Source: Candidatus Latescibacterota bacterium (GTDB taxonomy: Bacteria; Latescibacterota; UBA2968; UBA8231). From it: DNA of 64,000 bases. This document shows positions 37,901 through 45,949 of the stretch, one piece after another; position 1 is the stretch's first letter; the number at the start of each line of letters is the position of its first letter. Below the pieces are notes generated by a model, which was given only the letters and a program-made list of their open reading frames with translations, had not been told where the DNA came from and ran no database searches. Location: NCBI GenBank assembly GCA_965243025.1, contig CBDETY010000003.1, positions 3,520,001 to 3,584,000 on the forward strand. Direction: 5' to 3'. A program made the translations under genes and the position numbers.

Positions 37901-40900
37901 TGCCCTCGACTCCCGGCAAACGCTCGAAGTCCCCGTCCGAACGCGGCGAGCGATACACGTCATACCCCAGAAGCTCCTCGTCTGCCACCGCCTCCCAGCT
38001 CACCTCGATGCGGCCGATTCCGTCCCGGGCACCGACCCCCGAAGGAACCGACATCCCCTCCGTGCGCGCCCGGGACACCCCCGACTGAACCGACTCGTTG
38101 CCCCCGCCGTCGAACGCCGACACCGCATACCCATACTCCGTCAGCGAGCGCAAGCCCTCGTCCACATACTCCCGGGCCTCGGCGCCCAACGTCGCCACCG
38201 ACACCAGCGAACCGGTGACCCCCTCCGAACGATACACCGTGAATCCCGACAGACCCGTCAGCTCCCCCCCGTCCGCGTCCGTCGTCGGGGCGCTCCAGCG
38301 CACCGTGATACGGTCCGTGGATCCGGCCTCCGCCACGGCCGACACGTTCCGCGGAACTCCCGGTGACACCCGGTCCTCCCCCTGGGTCTTCACCCGCACC
38401 GGAACCGCACGACCCGACTCGTTGCCCGAACCGTCCACCGCCGACACCGTGTAGTAATACGTCGTCGACTCCTCCAGGCCGGCGTCCGCATACCGCGGCT
38501 CCGACACCGCCGCCACCTGCACGAACGAGTCCGTCGTTCCCTGGGACCGGAACACCTGATACCCCGACAGGCCCGTCAGCTCTCCCCCGTCGTCGTCCAC
38601 CAGGGGCGCGTTCCACGTCACCGACACCCGGCCGAATTCCGATTCGTCCGCCACCGCCGACAGATTGCGCGGGGACTCGGGCGCCACCTCGTCGGCCAGC
38701 GCCTCCCCGTCCACGAACACCGACAGCTCGGAACGGTAGGTCCGGCCCACCGACTGCACCCTGTAGTAATACGCGCGACCCACCTGCACGCTCGTGTCCA
38801 CGTAGCTCGTGCGGCCCGTGGTGAACGGCGTGCCCTCGACTCCCGGCAAACGCTCGAACGACTCGTCCGGACGCGGCGAGCGATACACGTTGTAGCCCAC
38901 CAGGTCCGACTCGCCGCTCCCCAGCCAGCTCACCGTGATGCGCCCGATGCCCGATTGCGCCGACAATCCCGACGGAGGGGCCAGACCCCGGGTCGTCGCC
39001 GATACCGGACCCGTCAACTCACTCGCGTTACCCGAACCGTCCACCGCCGTCAGCGCATACGTGTAGACCACCGCCGACTCCAGATCCTCATCCACATACT
39101 CCGTCACCGACGCCGACACCGTGTCCACCGCCGCCCGCTCCGACAACCCCGACGACGAGCGGAAAATCACATACCCCGACAGACCCGTCAGCTCCCCCCC
39201 GTCCGCGTCATACCGCGGCGCACGCCAGCTCAAGCGAATCCCCGCCCCCGCCTCCAGGGCCGTCGCCACCAGCCCCCCCGGCGGCTCCGGAGCCGAGAGG
39301 TCCCCCTGAGACGCCCCGCTCACGTAGCCCGACAGCTCGCTTTCGAAAACCGACGATACCGACGACACCTTGTAGTAAAAACGATCCCCGGACGTCAGGT
39401 TCGAATCCACGTAGCTCGTGCGCGCCGTCGTGTACGACGCCCCCGAGGACGATTCCAGACGCTCGAAATCCAGGTCCGGACGCGGCGAGCGATACACGTT
39501 GTAGCCGATCAGATCCTCGTCTCCCACCGCCTCCCAGTTCACCTCGATACGGCCGATTCCGTCCCGGGCACGGACCCCCGAAGGAACCGACATCCCCTCC
39601 GTGCGCGCCCGGGACACCCCCGACTGAACCGACTCGTTGCCCCCGCCGTCGAACGCCGACACCGCATACCCATACTCCGTCAGCGAGCGCAAGCCCTCGT
39701 CCACATACTCCCGGGCCTCGGCGCCCAACGTCGCCACCGACACCAGCGAACCCGCGACCCCCTCCGAACGATACACCGTGAATCCCGACAGACCCGTCAG
39801 CTCCCCCCCGTCCGCGTCCGTTGTCGGGGCGCTCCAGCGCACCGTGATACGGTCCGTGAATCCGGCCTCCGCCACGGCCGACACGTTCCGCGGAACCCCG
39901 GGAGACACCTCGTCGGCAAGCGCCTCGCCACCCACCTGCGAGGACAGCTCCGAACGGTGGGTCCGGCCCACCGACTGCACCTTGTAGTAATACGCGCGAC
40001 CCGCCTGCACGCTCGTGTCCACGTAGCTCGTGCGGCCCGTCGTGAACGGCGTGCCCTCGACTCCCGGCAAACGCTCGAACGACTCGTCCGGACGCGGCGA
40101 GCGATACACGTCATACCCCAGAAGCTCCTCGTCTGCCACCGCCTCCCAGATCACCTCGATGCGGCCGATTCCGGATTCGGCAACCAGGTTGGCAGGTACC
40201 GGCATTCCCGGCGTTGTCACCTGCACTATCTGTGAAAGGGAGCTCGTGTTTCCCGCCCCGTCGAAGGCGACCAGCGCATAGTTGTACGAGGTCAGGGGTT
40301 TCAGGCCGTCGTCTACGTACAGGCGGGTCTCCGCCTCGACGGTGTCCACGGGAACGGCTCCGCCCGTCCCCAGTTCTCCCCGCAGGATCGCGTACCCGGC
40401 CAACCCGGAAAGCTCGCCGCCGCCCGCGTCGCGGACCGGAGGGGTCCACACGAGAGTGATGCGCGGCTCGCTTTCGTCCGGGATCGCCGCCAGGCTCCGG
40501 GGCGGCTCGGGTGCGACCTTGTCCTCGAGCACCGTGGCGCCGACAAAACCGGAAGGCTCGCTCTGCAGTCCGGAGGTGTCGACCGCGGCGACCCGATAGA
40601 AAAAGGTCTTCCCCACGAATGCGTGCAGCGAGTCGACGTAGGAGGTCTTCCCGGTCGTGATGGTGGCGCCGCCGGGGCCCCGGCCCTGGAGGAAAGCGAA
40701 TACTCCGGCCGCGTCCTCAGACCGCAACAGGGCGTACCCCGCCAGGTCGCGGTCCTCTACCGCCTGCCAGCTCAGCCGCACCACCCCGACTCCCGGCTCG
40801 GCTGCCAACCCCCCAGGGGTGGATGGACGCTTGCGCGCGAAGTCTCCCTGGGGATCGAGCGGATTGCTGCGTTCCCTGTCGCAGCTCGTGCCGGTGAGGG

Positions 40901-40943
40901 CGACTGCGACGGCAGCTGTGAGACAGATTCTGCGCCCGGTCAT
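34974..40943 (-). CDS. Giant lipoprotein of about 19 tandem fibronectin type III domains
   Basis: Signal peptide with Cys (ALTGTS-C), ~100-aa repeats of the form P.nl.a...i.v.W....GY.vYRS...Y.D..l....Y.Y.V.A.d..gneS. Confidence 0.92.
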   Translation of the reverse strand: MTGRRICLTAAVAVALTGTSCDRERSNPLDPQGDFARKRPSTPGGLAAEPGVGVVRLSWQAVEDRDLAGYALLRSEDAAGVFAFLQGRGPGGATITTGKTSYVDSLHAFVGKTFFYRVAAVDTSGLQSEPSGFVGATVLEDKVAPEPPRSLAAIPDESEPRITLVWTPPVRDAGGGELSGLAGYAILRGELGTGGAVPVDTVEAETRLYVDDGLKPLTSYNYALVAFDGAGNTSSLSQIVQVTTPGMPVPANLVAESGIGRIEVIWEAVADEELLGYDVYRSPRPDESFERLPGVEGTPFTTGRTSYVDTSVQAGRAYYYKVQSVGRTHRSELSSQVGGEALADEVSPGVPRNVSAVAEAGFTDRITVRWSAPTTDADGGELTGLSGFTVYRSEGVAGSLVSVATLGAEAREYVDEGLRSLTEYGYAVSAFDGGGNESVQSGVSRARTEGMSVPSGVRARDGIGRIEVNWEAVGDEDLIGYNVYRSPRPDLDFERLESSSGASYTTARTSYVDSNLTSGDRFYYKVSSVSSVFESELSGYVSGASQGDLSAPEPPGGLVATALEAGAGIRLSWRAPRYDADGGELTGLSGYVIFRSSSGLSERAAVDTVSASVTEYVDEDLESAVVYTYALTAVDGSGNASELTGPVSATTRGLAPPSGLSAQSGIGRITVSWLGSGESDLVGYNVYRSPRPDESFERLPGVEGTPFTTGRTSYVDTSVQVGRAYYYRVQSVGRTYRSELSVFVDGEALADEVAPESPRNLSAVADESEFGRVSVTWNAPLVDDDGGELTGLSGYQVFRSQGTTDSFVQVAAVSEPRYADAGLEESTTYYYTVSAVDGSGNESGRAVPVRVKTQGEDRVSPGVPRNVSAVAEAGSTDRITVRWSAPTTDADGGELTGLSGFTVYRSEGVTGSLVSVATLGAEAREYVDEGLRSLTEYGYAVSAFDGGGNESVQSGVSRARTEGMSVPSGVGARDGIGRIEVSWEAVADEELLGYDVYRSPRSDGDFERLPGVEGTPFTTGRTSYVDTSVQVGRAYYYRVQSVGRTYRSELSVFVDGEALADEVAPESPRNLSAVADESEFGRVSVTWNAPLVDDDGGELTGLSGYQVFRSQGTTDSFVQVAAVSEPRYADAGLEESTTYYYTVSAVDGSGNESGRAVPVRVKTQGEDRVSPGVPRNVSAVAEAGSTDRITVRWSAPTTDADGGELTGLSGFTVYRSEGVAGSLVSVATLGAEAREYVDEGLRSLTEYGYAVSAFDGGGNESVQSGVSRARTEGMSVPSGVGARDGIGRIEVIWEAVADEELLGYDVYRSPRPDESFERLPGVEGTPFTTGRTSYVDTSVQAGRAYYYKVQSVGRTHRSELSSQVGGEALADEVSPGVPRNVSAVAEAGFTDRITVRWSAPTTDADGGELTGLSGFTVYRSEGVAGSLVSVATLGAEAREYVDEGLRSLTEYGYAVSAFDGGGNESVQSGVSRARTEGMSVPSGVRARDGIGRIEVNWEAVGDEDLIGYNVYRSPRPDLDFERLESSSGASYTTARTSYVDSNLTSGDRFYYKVSSVSSVFESELSGYVSGASQGDLSAPEPPGGLVATALEAGAGIRLSWRAPRYDADGGELTGLSGYVIFRSSSGLSERAAVDTVSASVTEYVDEDLESAVVYTYALTAVDGSGNASELTGPVSATTRGLAPPSGLSAQSGIGRITVSWLGSGESDLVGYNVYRSPRPDESFERLPGVEGTPFTTGQTTYVDTGFVGGEVLFYRVSVVTSRGESDLSEFEGATVESDTRAPAAPTLLSGEAVVGDPEVILLEWRAPSSDAGGAELTGLSGYLVFRAESASGPFEEIGAPETAEYRDSELEQRTTYYYRVLALDPAGNASVPSSTEAATTSGVEVPKNVSLSSTTPSDPAKNPVVTITWEASEGVILRYEVERTTVPNSTDDADYTEIRAASGLRNDIRTSREDDSVERGVTYYYRVRAVDAESRESDWTTPLGVKVSE
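35734..37092. repeat. 1359-bp direct repeat, copy 1 (copy 2 at 38815-40173)
   Basis: Offset 3081 bp; I saw only one difference by eye (36741 C vs 39822 T, synonymous). Confidence 0.9.
37011..38858. repeat. Tandem duplication with 930-bp period (37011-37928 vs 37941-38858)
   Basis: Shadow ORFs recur at a 930-bp offset; about three substitutions seen (37069/37999 and two near 37284-37286/38214-38216). Confidence 0.9.
38815..40173. repeat. 1359-bp direct repeat, copy 2
   Basis: Matches 35734-37092. Confidence 0.9.
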
Positions 40944-41024
40944 GCGGTGATCTGGTTCGATGAAGGAAAGGGGATCAAATGTCAGGAGGTGCGATGGGGA
41001 AGGGAGAGCGGGGATCAGGAGCGA

Positions 41025-41456
41025 TCAGAAAAACGGCTTTGAAATCTCCAGAGCGAAATGCCGCCTCCAGGGATCGAGCCGGGTCTTCAACTTCCACAAC
41101 AACCGGGGTTTCGGAGCACCCTGGTCGCGGGACGCGCCGGCCGCCGGCGAGGGTTCGGACTCCCCGCGCGCACCCCCTTTGCGGTCCCCTGTTGCCAGGA
41201 GCCGCAGTCCGCCGATACCGCATGCGGCCCCCAGTGCCCAGCTTACCTGGGCCTTGATGTCGCGGTTGGTGGTCCGCTGATACAGCCTGTTGATTTCGAT
41301 CGGGTCGACGGCCTGCTGGTAGTCGGCGTAAAACGCGTCTGCCTCCCCGCGGTAATCGAACCCCTTGACCGCGAGGGCTGTGCCCGCTCCAAGGAACGCG
41401 AGGCCGAGGGTCCTCCGGACGTTGACGAAATCGCCGACCCCTGCCTCCACCTGCAT
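41025..41456 (-). CDS. Small membrane/exported hypothetical protein upstream of the FN3 gene
   Basis: Two hydrophobic segments flanking a helical loop; the frame is open upstream through AAFLLFVSIA, so the start is uncertain. Confidence 0.6.
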   Translation of the reverse strand: MQVEAGVGDFVNVRRTLGLAFLGAGTALAVKGFDYRGEADAFYADYQQAVDPIEINRLYQRTTNRDIKAQVSWALGAACGIGGLRLLATGDRKGGARGESEPSPAAGASRDQGAPKPRLLWKLKTRLDPWRRHFALEISKPFF

Positions 41457-41611
41457 GGCGATGGAGACGAACAGAAGAAAGGCGGCGTGTGCTGATGATT
41501 TTGCCGAGATGGCGGAACTCCGGTTTTTCGCAGGGCAGAATCGAACCGGAAATAATTGCTCGAACCGAGTGTGGTTGCGACAACTTGCACACTGTTTTTC
41601 GAGGCTTGGTT

Positions 41612-41640
41612 AGGGTATCGACAGGGGTGCACTTTGTCAA
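41612..41640 (-). promoter_or_regulatory. Putative sigma70 promoter for the small gene/FN3 unit
   Basis: Minus strand TTGACA-N17-TACCCT. Confidence 0.5.
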
Positions 41641-41752
41641 TCGCTCCTCCGGGGATGAGCGTGAGTGCCAATGGTCCTGGCCCGGCGGATGTCCACATGA
41701 ACCTTCCGGACCGGGGAGACCCTGGTCGACTTGAAACTTTTTCCTCGGACGG

Positions 41753-41786
41753 GTTCATTGACAAATGAACTAATGTGCAGTAAATA
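41753..41786 (+). promoter_or_regulatory. lexA promoter with candidate SOS operator(s)
   Basis: TTGACA(41758)-N17-TAAATA; GAAC-TAAT-GTGC in the spacer and inverted repeat GTTCATT-gaca-AATGAAC over the -35. Confidence 0.65.
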
Positions 41787-41869
41787 TATGGTTACCGCCG
41801 TTTTCCCCCACATTCGGTGTCGGAACTGAGCGTGCGGCATTCCACGGAACGAACCGGGAGTTTTTCGGC

Positions 41870-42499
41870 ATGCGCAAAAGCCTGACGTCCAGACAGCAGA
41901 CCATCTTCGATTTCATCGCGGGAGTCATCCGCGGCCGTGGAGCGCCGCCGACGATACGGGAAATCATGGTGGAGTTCGGCATCTCTTCCACCAACGGCGT
42001 CCGCACCACCCTGGCGGCGCTTGAAAAGAAAGGATACATCCGACGGCATCCGCGGTTGTCGCGCGGGATCGAGCTGGTCGATTTCGCCGGTCACCGGCCG
42101 CGGACTGCCGACACCCTCGAGATCCCGCTGCTCGGCCGCGTCGCCGCGGGCGCGCCGATCCTGGCCGAGGAGAACGTGGAAACCACCTTGCAGGTCGACA
42201 GGACGATCGCCCCTGCCTCCGGGGACCTGTTCGCCCTGCGCGTGCACGGGGAGAGCATGCGGGATGCCGGTATCCTCGACGGCGACATCGTCGTCGCAAG
42301 GCACCAGGAAACCGCTGAACGAGGGGAGATCGTCGTCGCCCTGATCGACGACGAGGCCACGGTCAAACGCTTCCAGCGCGACGATGCGGAGGTCCGGCTT
42401 CTTCCCGAGAACGACGCCTTCTCCCCGATCGTCGTCACTGGAGAGAGCGGCGAGTTCCGCATTGCCGGCAAGGTCGTCGGCCTGATGCGGCAGTACTGA
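41870..42499 (+). CDS. lexA: SOS repressor LexA
   Basis: LTSRQ..I, PPTIREI, L..LEKKGYI, cleavage site VAAG, catalytic GESM and TVKR. Confidence 0.97.
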   Translation: MRKSLTSRQQTIFDFIAGVIRGRGAPPTIREIMVEFGISSTNGVRTTLAALEKKGYIRRHPRLSRGIELVDFAGHRPRTADTLEIPLLGRVAAGAPILAEENVETTLQVDRTIAPASGDLFALRVHGESMRDAGILDGDIVVARHQETAERGEIVVALIDDEATVKRFQRDDAEVRLLPENDAFSPIVVTGESGEFRIAGKVVGLMRQY

Positions 42500-42539
42500 G
42501 CCCATCCGCGGAATCCCTGGTGAGTACCTGCTCCGGACC

Positions 42540-42559
42540 GAAGCCGGGAAACCGGCTTC
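42540..42559 (+). terminator. Hairpin downstream of lexA
   Basis: GAAGCCGG-GAAA-CCGGCTTC; no U-tract. Confidence 0.4.
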
Positions 42560-42622
42560 CGCAACGGCCTCGACCCGAATGAACCGGGCCCGGAATCCGC
42601 TCAGCCCGGGCTCGTTCTGCTG

Positions 42623-43978
42623 ATGCCGCATACCGGCGCATCCGCCTCCTCCGGGGCTGAGCAGCGGCGAGCCGATGCCTGCGAAATCTTCGCGGCGGCG
42701 GTAGCGGCGGCCGACCCCCGCCGGTGCGTGCTCGAGGCGTTGCGTGTCGATGGCGAACGACTCCTCGTCGGGGGCAGGTCTTACGACCTGGCCCGGTTCA
42801 CCGAAATACTGGTGATCGGAGCCGGCAAGGCGACCCCGGCGATGGCCGCCGCGGTGGAAGAACGCCTCGGGGACCGCATCACCGCGGGGGCGATCAACAC
42901 CAAGTACGGGCACGCGGTACCTCTCGAGCGCATCGAGACGACGGAAGCCGGGCACCCGCTGCCCGACGAAGCCGGCGTCGCCGGAACCCTGAAAATGCTG
43001 GAGCTCGCCGGCCGCTGCGGCGACTCGACCCTGCTCCTGTGTCTCTTCTCCGGCGGCGGATCGGCCCTGATGCCCGCTCCGGTTCCGGAGATATCCCTTG
43101 CCGAGAAGCAGCAGACGACCCGGGAACTGTTGGCCTGCGGCGCGGCCATCGGCGAGATAAACGCGGTTCGCAAGCACCTGTCCCGCGTCAAGGGGGGACG
43201 GCTCGCCCGTCTGTCGCACCCCGCCCCGACCGTGTCCCTGATGATCTCCGACGTCATCGGGGACCGGCTCGACACCATCGCATCGGGGCCGACCTACCCC
43301 GACTCGACCTCCTTTTCCGACTGCGACGCGATCTTCTCGCGCTACGGAATCGAGTCCCGGATTCCCCGGGCGGTTCTATCCTGTATCGAAGAGGGCCGGC
43401 TGGGGAATACAGCGGATACTCCCGGGGTCGGAGAGGACTGTTTCCGCAACACCCTCAATCTGGTGGTCGGGAACAACAGTCTCGCTGTCGGGGCGGCGGA
43501 GCGGAAGGCGCGCGAACTGGGTTACGAGCCGCTCGTGCTGTCCTCCCGGATCGCCGGCGAAACCCGGGAAGCGGCAGGGGTTCACGTCGCCATTGCCGAA
43601 GAGGCGGCCGCCGCCGGCAACCCGGTGTCCCCGCCCGCCTGCATCATCAGCGGCGGGGAAACCACGGTCGCGGTCAGGGGCACGGGAAAGGGGGGGCGCA
43701 ACCAGGAGTTCGCCCTCTCAGCGGCCCTGCTGCTGGACGGCAGCGAAGCGATCACGGTCCTGAGCGGGGGCACCGACGGCACCGACGGGCCTACCGATGC
43801 CGCCGGGGCGGTCTGTGACGGCCGCACCGCCGCCCGCGCCCGCGACCTCGGACTCGACCCCGCCGGCTTTCTCGACAACAACGACTCCTACCACTTCTTC
43901 CGGCCGCTCGGCGACCTTCTGATGACCGGGCCGACGGGCACCAATGTGATGGATCTGCGTCTAATGCTGGTCAGCTGA
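42623..43978 (+). CDS. Glycerate 2-kinase (MOFRL/TtuD family)
   Basis: GAGKA, AGHPLPD, SGGGSAL, KGGRL, GGETT, GGRNQE, GTDGTDG, GPTGTNVMD. Confidence 0.93.
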   Translation: MPHTGASASSGAEQRRADACEIFAAAVAAADPRRCVLEALRVDGERLLVGGRSYDLARFTEILVIGAGKATPAMAAAVEERLGDRITAGAINTKYGHAVPLERIETTEAGHPLPDEAGVAGTLKMLELAGRCGDSTLLLCLFSGGGSALMPAPVPEISLAEKQQTTRELLACGAAIGEINAVRKHLSRVKGGRLARLSHPAPTVSLMISDVIGDRLDTIASGPTYPDSTSFSDCDAIFSRYGIESRIPRAVLSCIEEGRLGNTADTPGVGEDCFRNTLNLVVGNNSLAVGAAERKARELGYEPLVLSSRIAGETREAAGVHVAIAEEAAAAGNPVSPPACIISGGETTVAVRGTGKGGRNQEFALSAALLLDGSEAITVLSGGTDGTDGPTDAAGAVCDGRTAARARDLGLDPAGFLDNNDSYHFFRPLGDLLMTGPTGTNVMDLRLMLVS

Positions 43979-44031
43979 TCCGTCGCCGGCTTTCTTGACC
44001 CTCTCCGGGGGCCCTCATACACTTTTTTGCA

Positions 44032-44961
44032 ATGAAATTCTCCTCGATACTGCTCGCCGCCGGGATTGTGCTCCTTGGCCGCGAGCCGGTCCCCGCGGCA
44101 ACAGGGTTTGCCGGCGAGTTTCTCGCAGTCGGAGCCGGAGCTCGGGCCCTCGCCCTCGGGGGGGCCGGCCTGACCCTGGTCGACGACGCCACCGCCGGCT
44201 ACTGGAACCCCGCCGCCCTGACCGGCCTCGAACGCAGCGCCCACCTGATGCACTCGGAGCGCTACGGCGGCCTGGTATCCCACGATTTCGCCGCCGTCAA
44301 CGTCGAGCGCTTTCTCCTCTTCGACGGTTTCTCCGTCGGCATCCTGCGGCTGTCCGTCGGCGACATCCCCTTCACGGCGCTGCCCGATCCCGGGGCTCCT
44401 CCCAGCGCCGACAACCGGCCGTTGGTCTCCTCCACGGAAGTCAGTTCCGACTACGCCCTGTACCTTTCGGGGAGCCGCCGCGCCTCCGACCGCCTCGATC
44501 TCGGAGCGAGCGTGAAGGTCGTGTACAGAAGCGTGGCGAGCTTCAGCGCCTACGGAGCCGGGCTCGACCTCGGAGCGCGTTTCCGCCTGACTCCCGGGGT
44601 AGCGATCGCCGCGGTCCTGCGCGACGCCACGACCTCGCCGATTTCCTGGAACACCGGAACCAGCGACCGCGTCCGGCCTTCCCTGCTCCTCGCCGCCGGA
44701 ATCACCCGGACCGTGGGGCGCGGCCAGGCCAATCTGGCGCTCGGGGCCGCCAGCGGCGGCGACGCTTCCGGCGAGGCGGTCCCGATGCTTGTGGGAGCCG
44801 AGTACGACCTCGGCAAGCTCGCCCTGAGAGCGGGTCTCCAGGAGGAGCGCCAGGCTTACGGTATCGGCATCAGGGCGCACGACATGCTGCGCCTGGATCT
44901 CGCCTATCAGCAGCACGATCTCGAGGCGACCTACGTCTTCTCCGCGACCACGGACTTCTGA
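44032..44961 (+). CDS. PorV/PorQ-like (FadL-fold) outer-membrane barrel
   Basis: Signal peptide, GEFLAVGAGARALALGGA, DDATAGYWNPAAL, C-terminal Phe. Confidence 0.8.
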   Translation: MKFSSILLAAGIVLLGREPVPAATGFAGEFLAVGAGARALALGGAGLTLVDDATAGYWNPAALTGLERSAHLMHSERYGGLVSHDFAAVNVERFLLFDGFSVGILRLSVGDIPFTALPDPGAPPSADNRPLVSSTEVSSDYALYLSGSRRASDRLDLGASVKVVYRSVASFSAYGAGLDLGARFRLTPGVAIAAVLRDATTSPISWNTGTSDRVRPSLLLAAGITRTVGRGQANLALGAASGGDASGEAVPMLVGAEYDLGKLALRAGLQEERQAYGIGIRAHDMLRLDLAYQQHDLEATYVFSATTDF

Positions 44962-45908
44962 GCGCGCAAGCCAACGATTCCCCGCCCCCGTCCGGCGCCG
45001 CGCGCTGCGGCTACGTCGCCCTCGTCGGGCGGCCGAACGCCGGCAAATCGACCCTGTTCAACGCCTTCCTCGGACAGCGGCTGTCGATCGTCACCTCGAA
45101 GGCCCAGACGACGCGCTGCAGCATTCGCGGCATCCTCAGCCGTCCCGAAAGCCAGGTGATCTTCCTCGATACTCCCGGCCTGCTGGAGCCGAGCTCCCGC
45201 CTGCACGAGACCATGGGACGCCAGATCGACCGTTCGGCCCGCGACGCCGACGTGATCCTGCTGGTGGTCGACGCATCGCGGCCCCGCAACCGCGTCGACC
45301 TTGTCCGATCCTTCCTGGAACGATCCAGGACGCCGGTGGTGGCGGCGCTCAACAAGATCGATACGATCCCGGAGGGTTCCCGCGACCGGATTGGCGCCGC
45401 GGTCGCCGGCGACCTCGGACTCGACCGCCTGCGTGCGGTTTCAGCAGCCACCGGAGAGAACGTCCACCCGCTGCTGACCGAACTCGAAGCGGCGCTGCCG
45501 CTGGGGGCCAGGCTCTACCCGGACGAGGTCATCGCCGACCAGCCGGAGCGGTTCTTCGCCGGCGAGCTGGTCCGCGAGGCGGCGTTCGAACAGCTTTCAG
45601 AGGAACTGCCGTACTCGATCGCCGTCGACGTCGATGACTTCCGCGACCCCGGGACGGGGGGACCCGGCCAGGAGGATGCCCGGGGGCGGAAGAAGACCTA
45701 CGTAAGCGCGGTTCTCTACGTCGACCGGGAGAGCCAGAAGGGGATCGTCATCGGGCGCGGGGGGAGCATGCTCAAGCGGATCGGCAGCCGCGCCCGGGCG
45801 GGGATCGAGGATCTGCTCGACCGCGAGGTGTACCTCGATCTGCGGGTCAAGGTGCGCCGCGACTGGCGCAACCGCGACCGCGACCTCAAGGAGTTCGGAT
45901 ACGTTTAA
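44958..45908 (+). CDS. era: GTPase Era
   Basis: GRPNAGKST, QTTR, DTPG, NKID, EELPY, KH motif SQKGIVIG; apparent CTG start. Confidence 0.95.
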   Translation: MSAQANDSPPPSGAARCGYVALVGRPNAGKSTLFNAFLGQRLSIVTSKAQTTRCSIRGILSRPESQVIFLDTPGLLEPSSRLHETMGRQIDRSARDADVILLVVDASRPRNRVDLVRSFLERSRTPVVAALNKIDTIPEGSRDRIGAAVAGDLGLDRLRAVSAATGENVHPLLTELEAALPLGARLYPDEVIADQPERFFAGELVREAAFEQLSEELPYSIAVDVDDFRDPGTGGPGQEDARGRKKTYVSAVLYVDRESQKGIVIGRGGSMLKRIGSRARAGIEDLLDREVYLDLRVKVRRDWRNRDRDLKEFGYV

Positions 45909-45949
45909 ACGGGCAGGCCTCCTGCCCCCAATCACGAGGAGACCGCTGC

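Noticed and set aside
35734-40173. FN3 repeats as a CRISPR array or DGR template/variable pair
   Set aside because: The repeats are long, in frame and coding, with no unique spacers, no adenine-specific mismatch pattern and no cas or reverse transcriptase gene.
43995-44957. Long N-terminal extension of Era, and similar apparent extensions of ParA, IlvN and the MR enzyme in the ORF track
   Set aside because: Arg/Pro-rich alternative frames overlapping genuine upstream genes, not real fusions.
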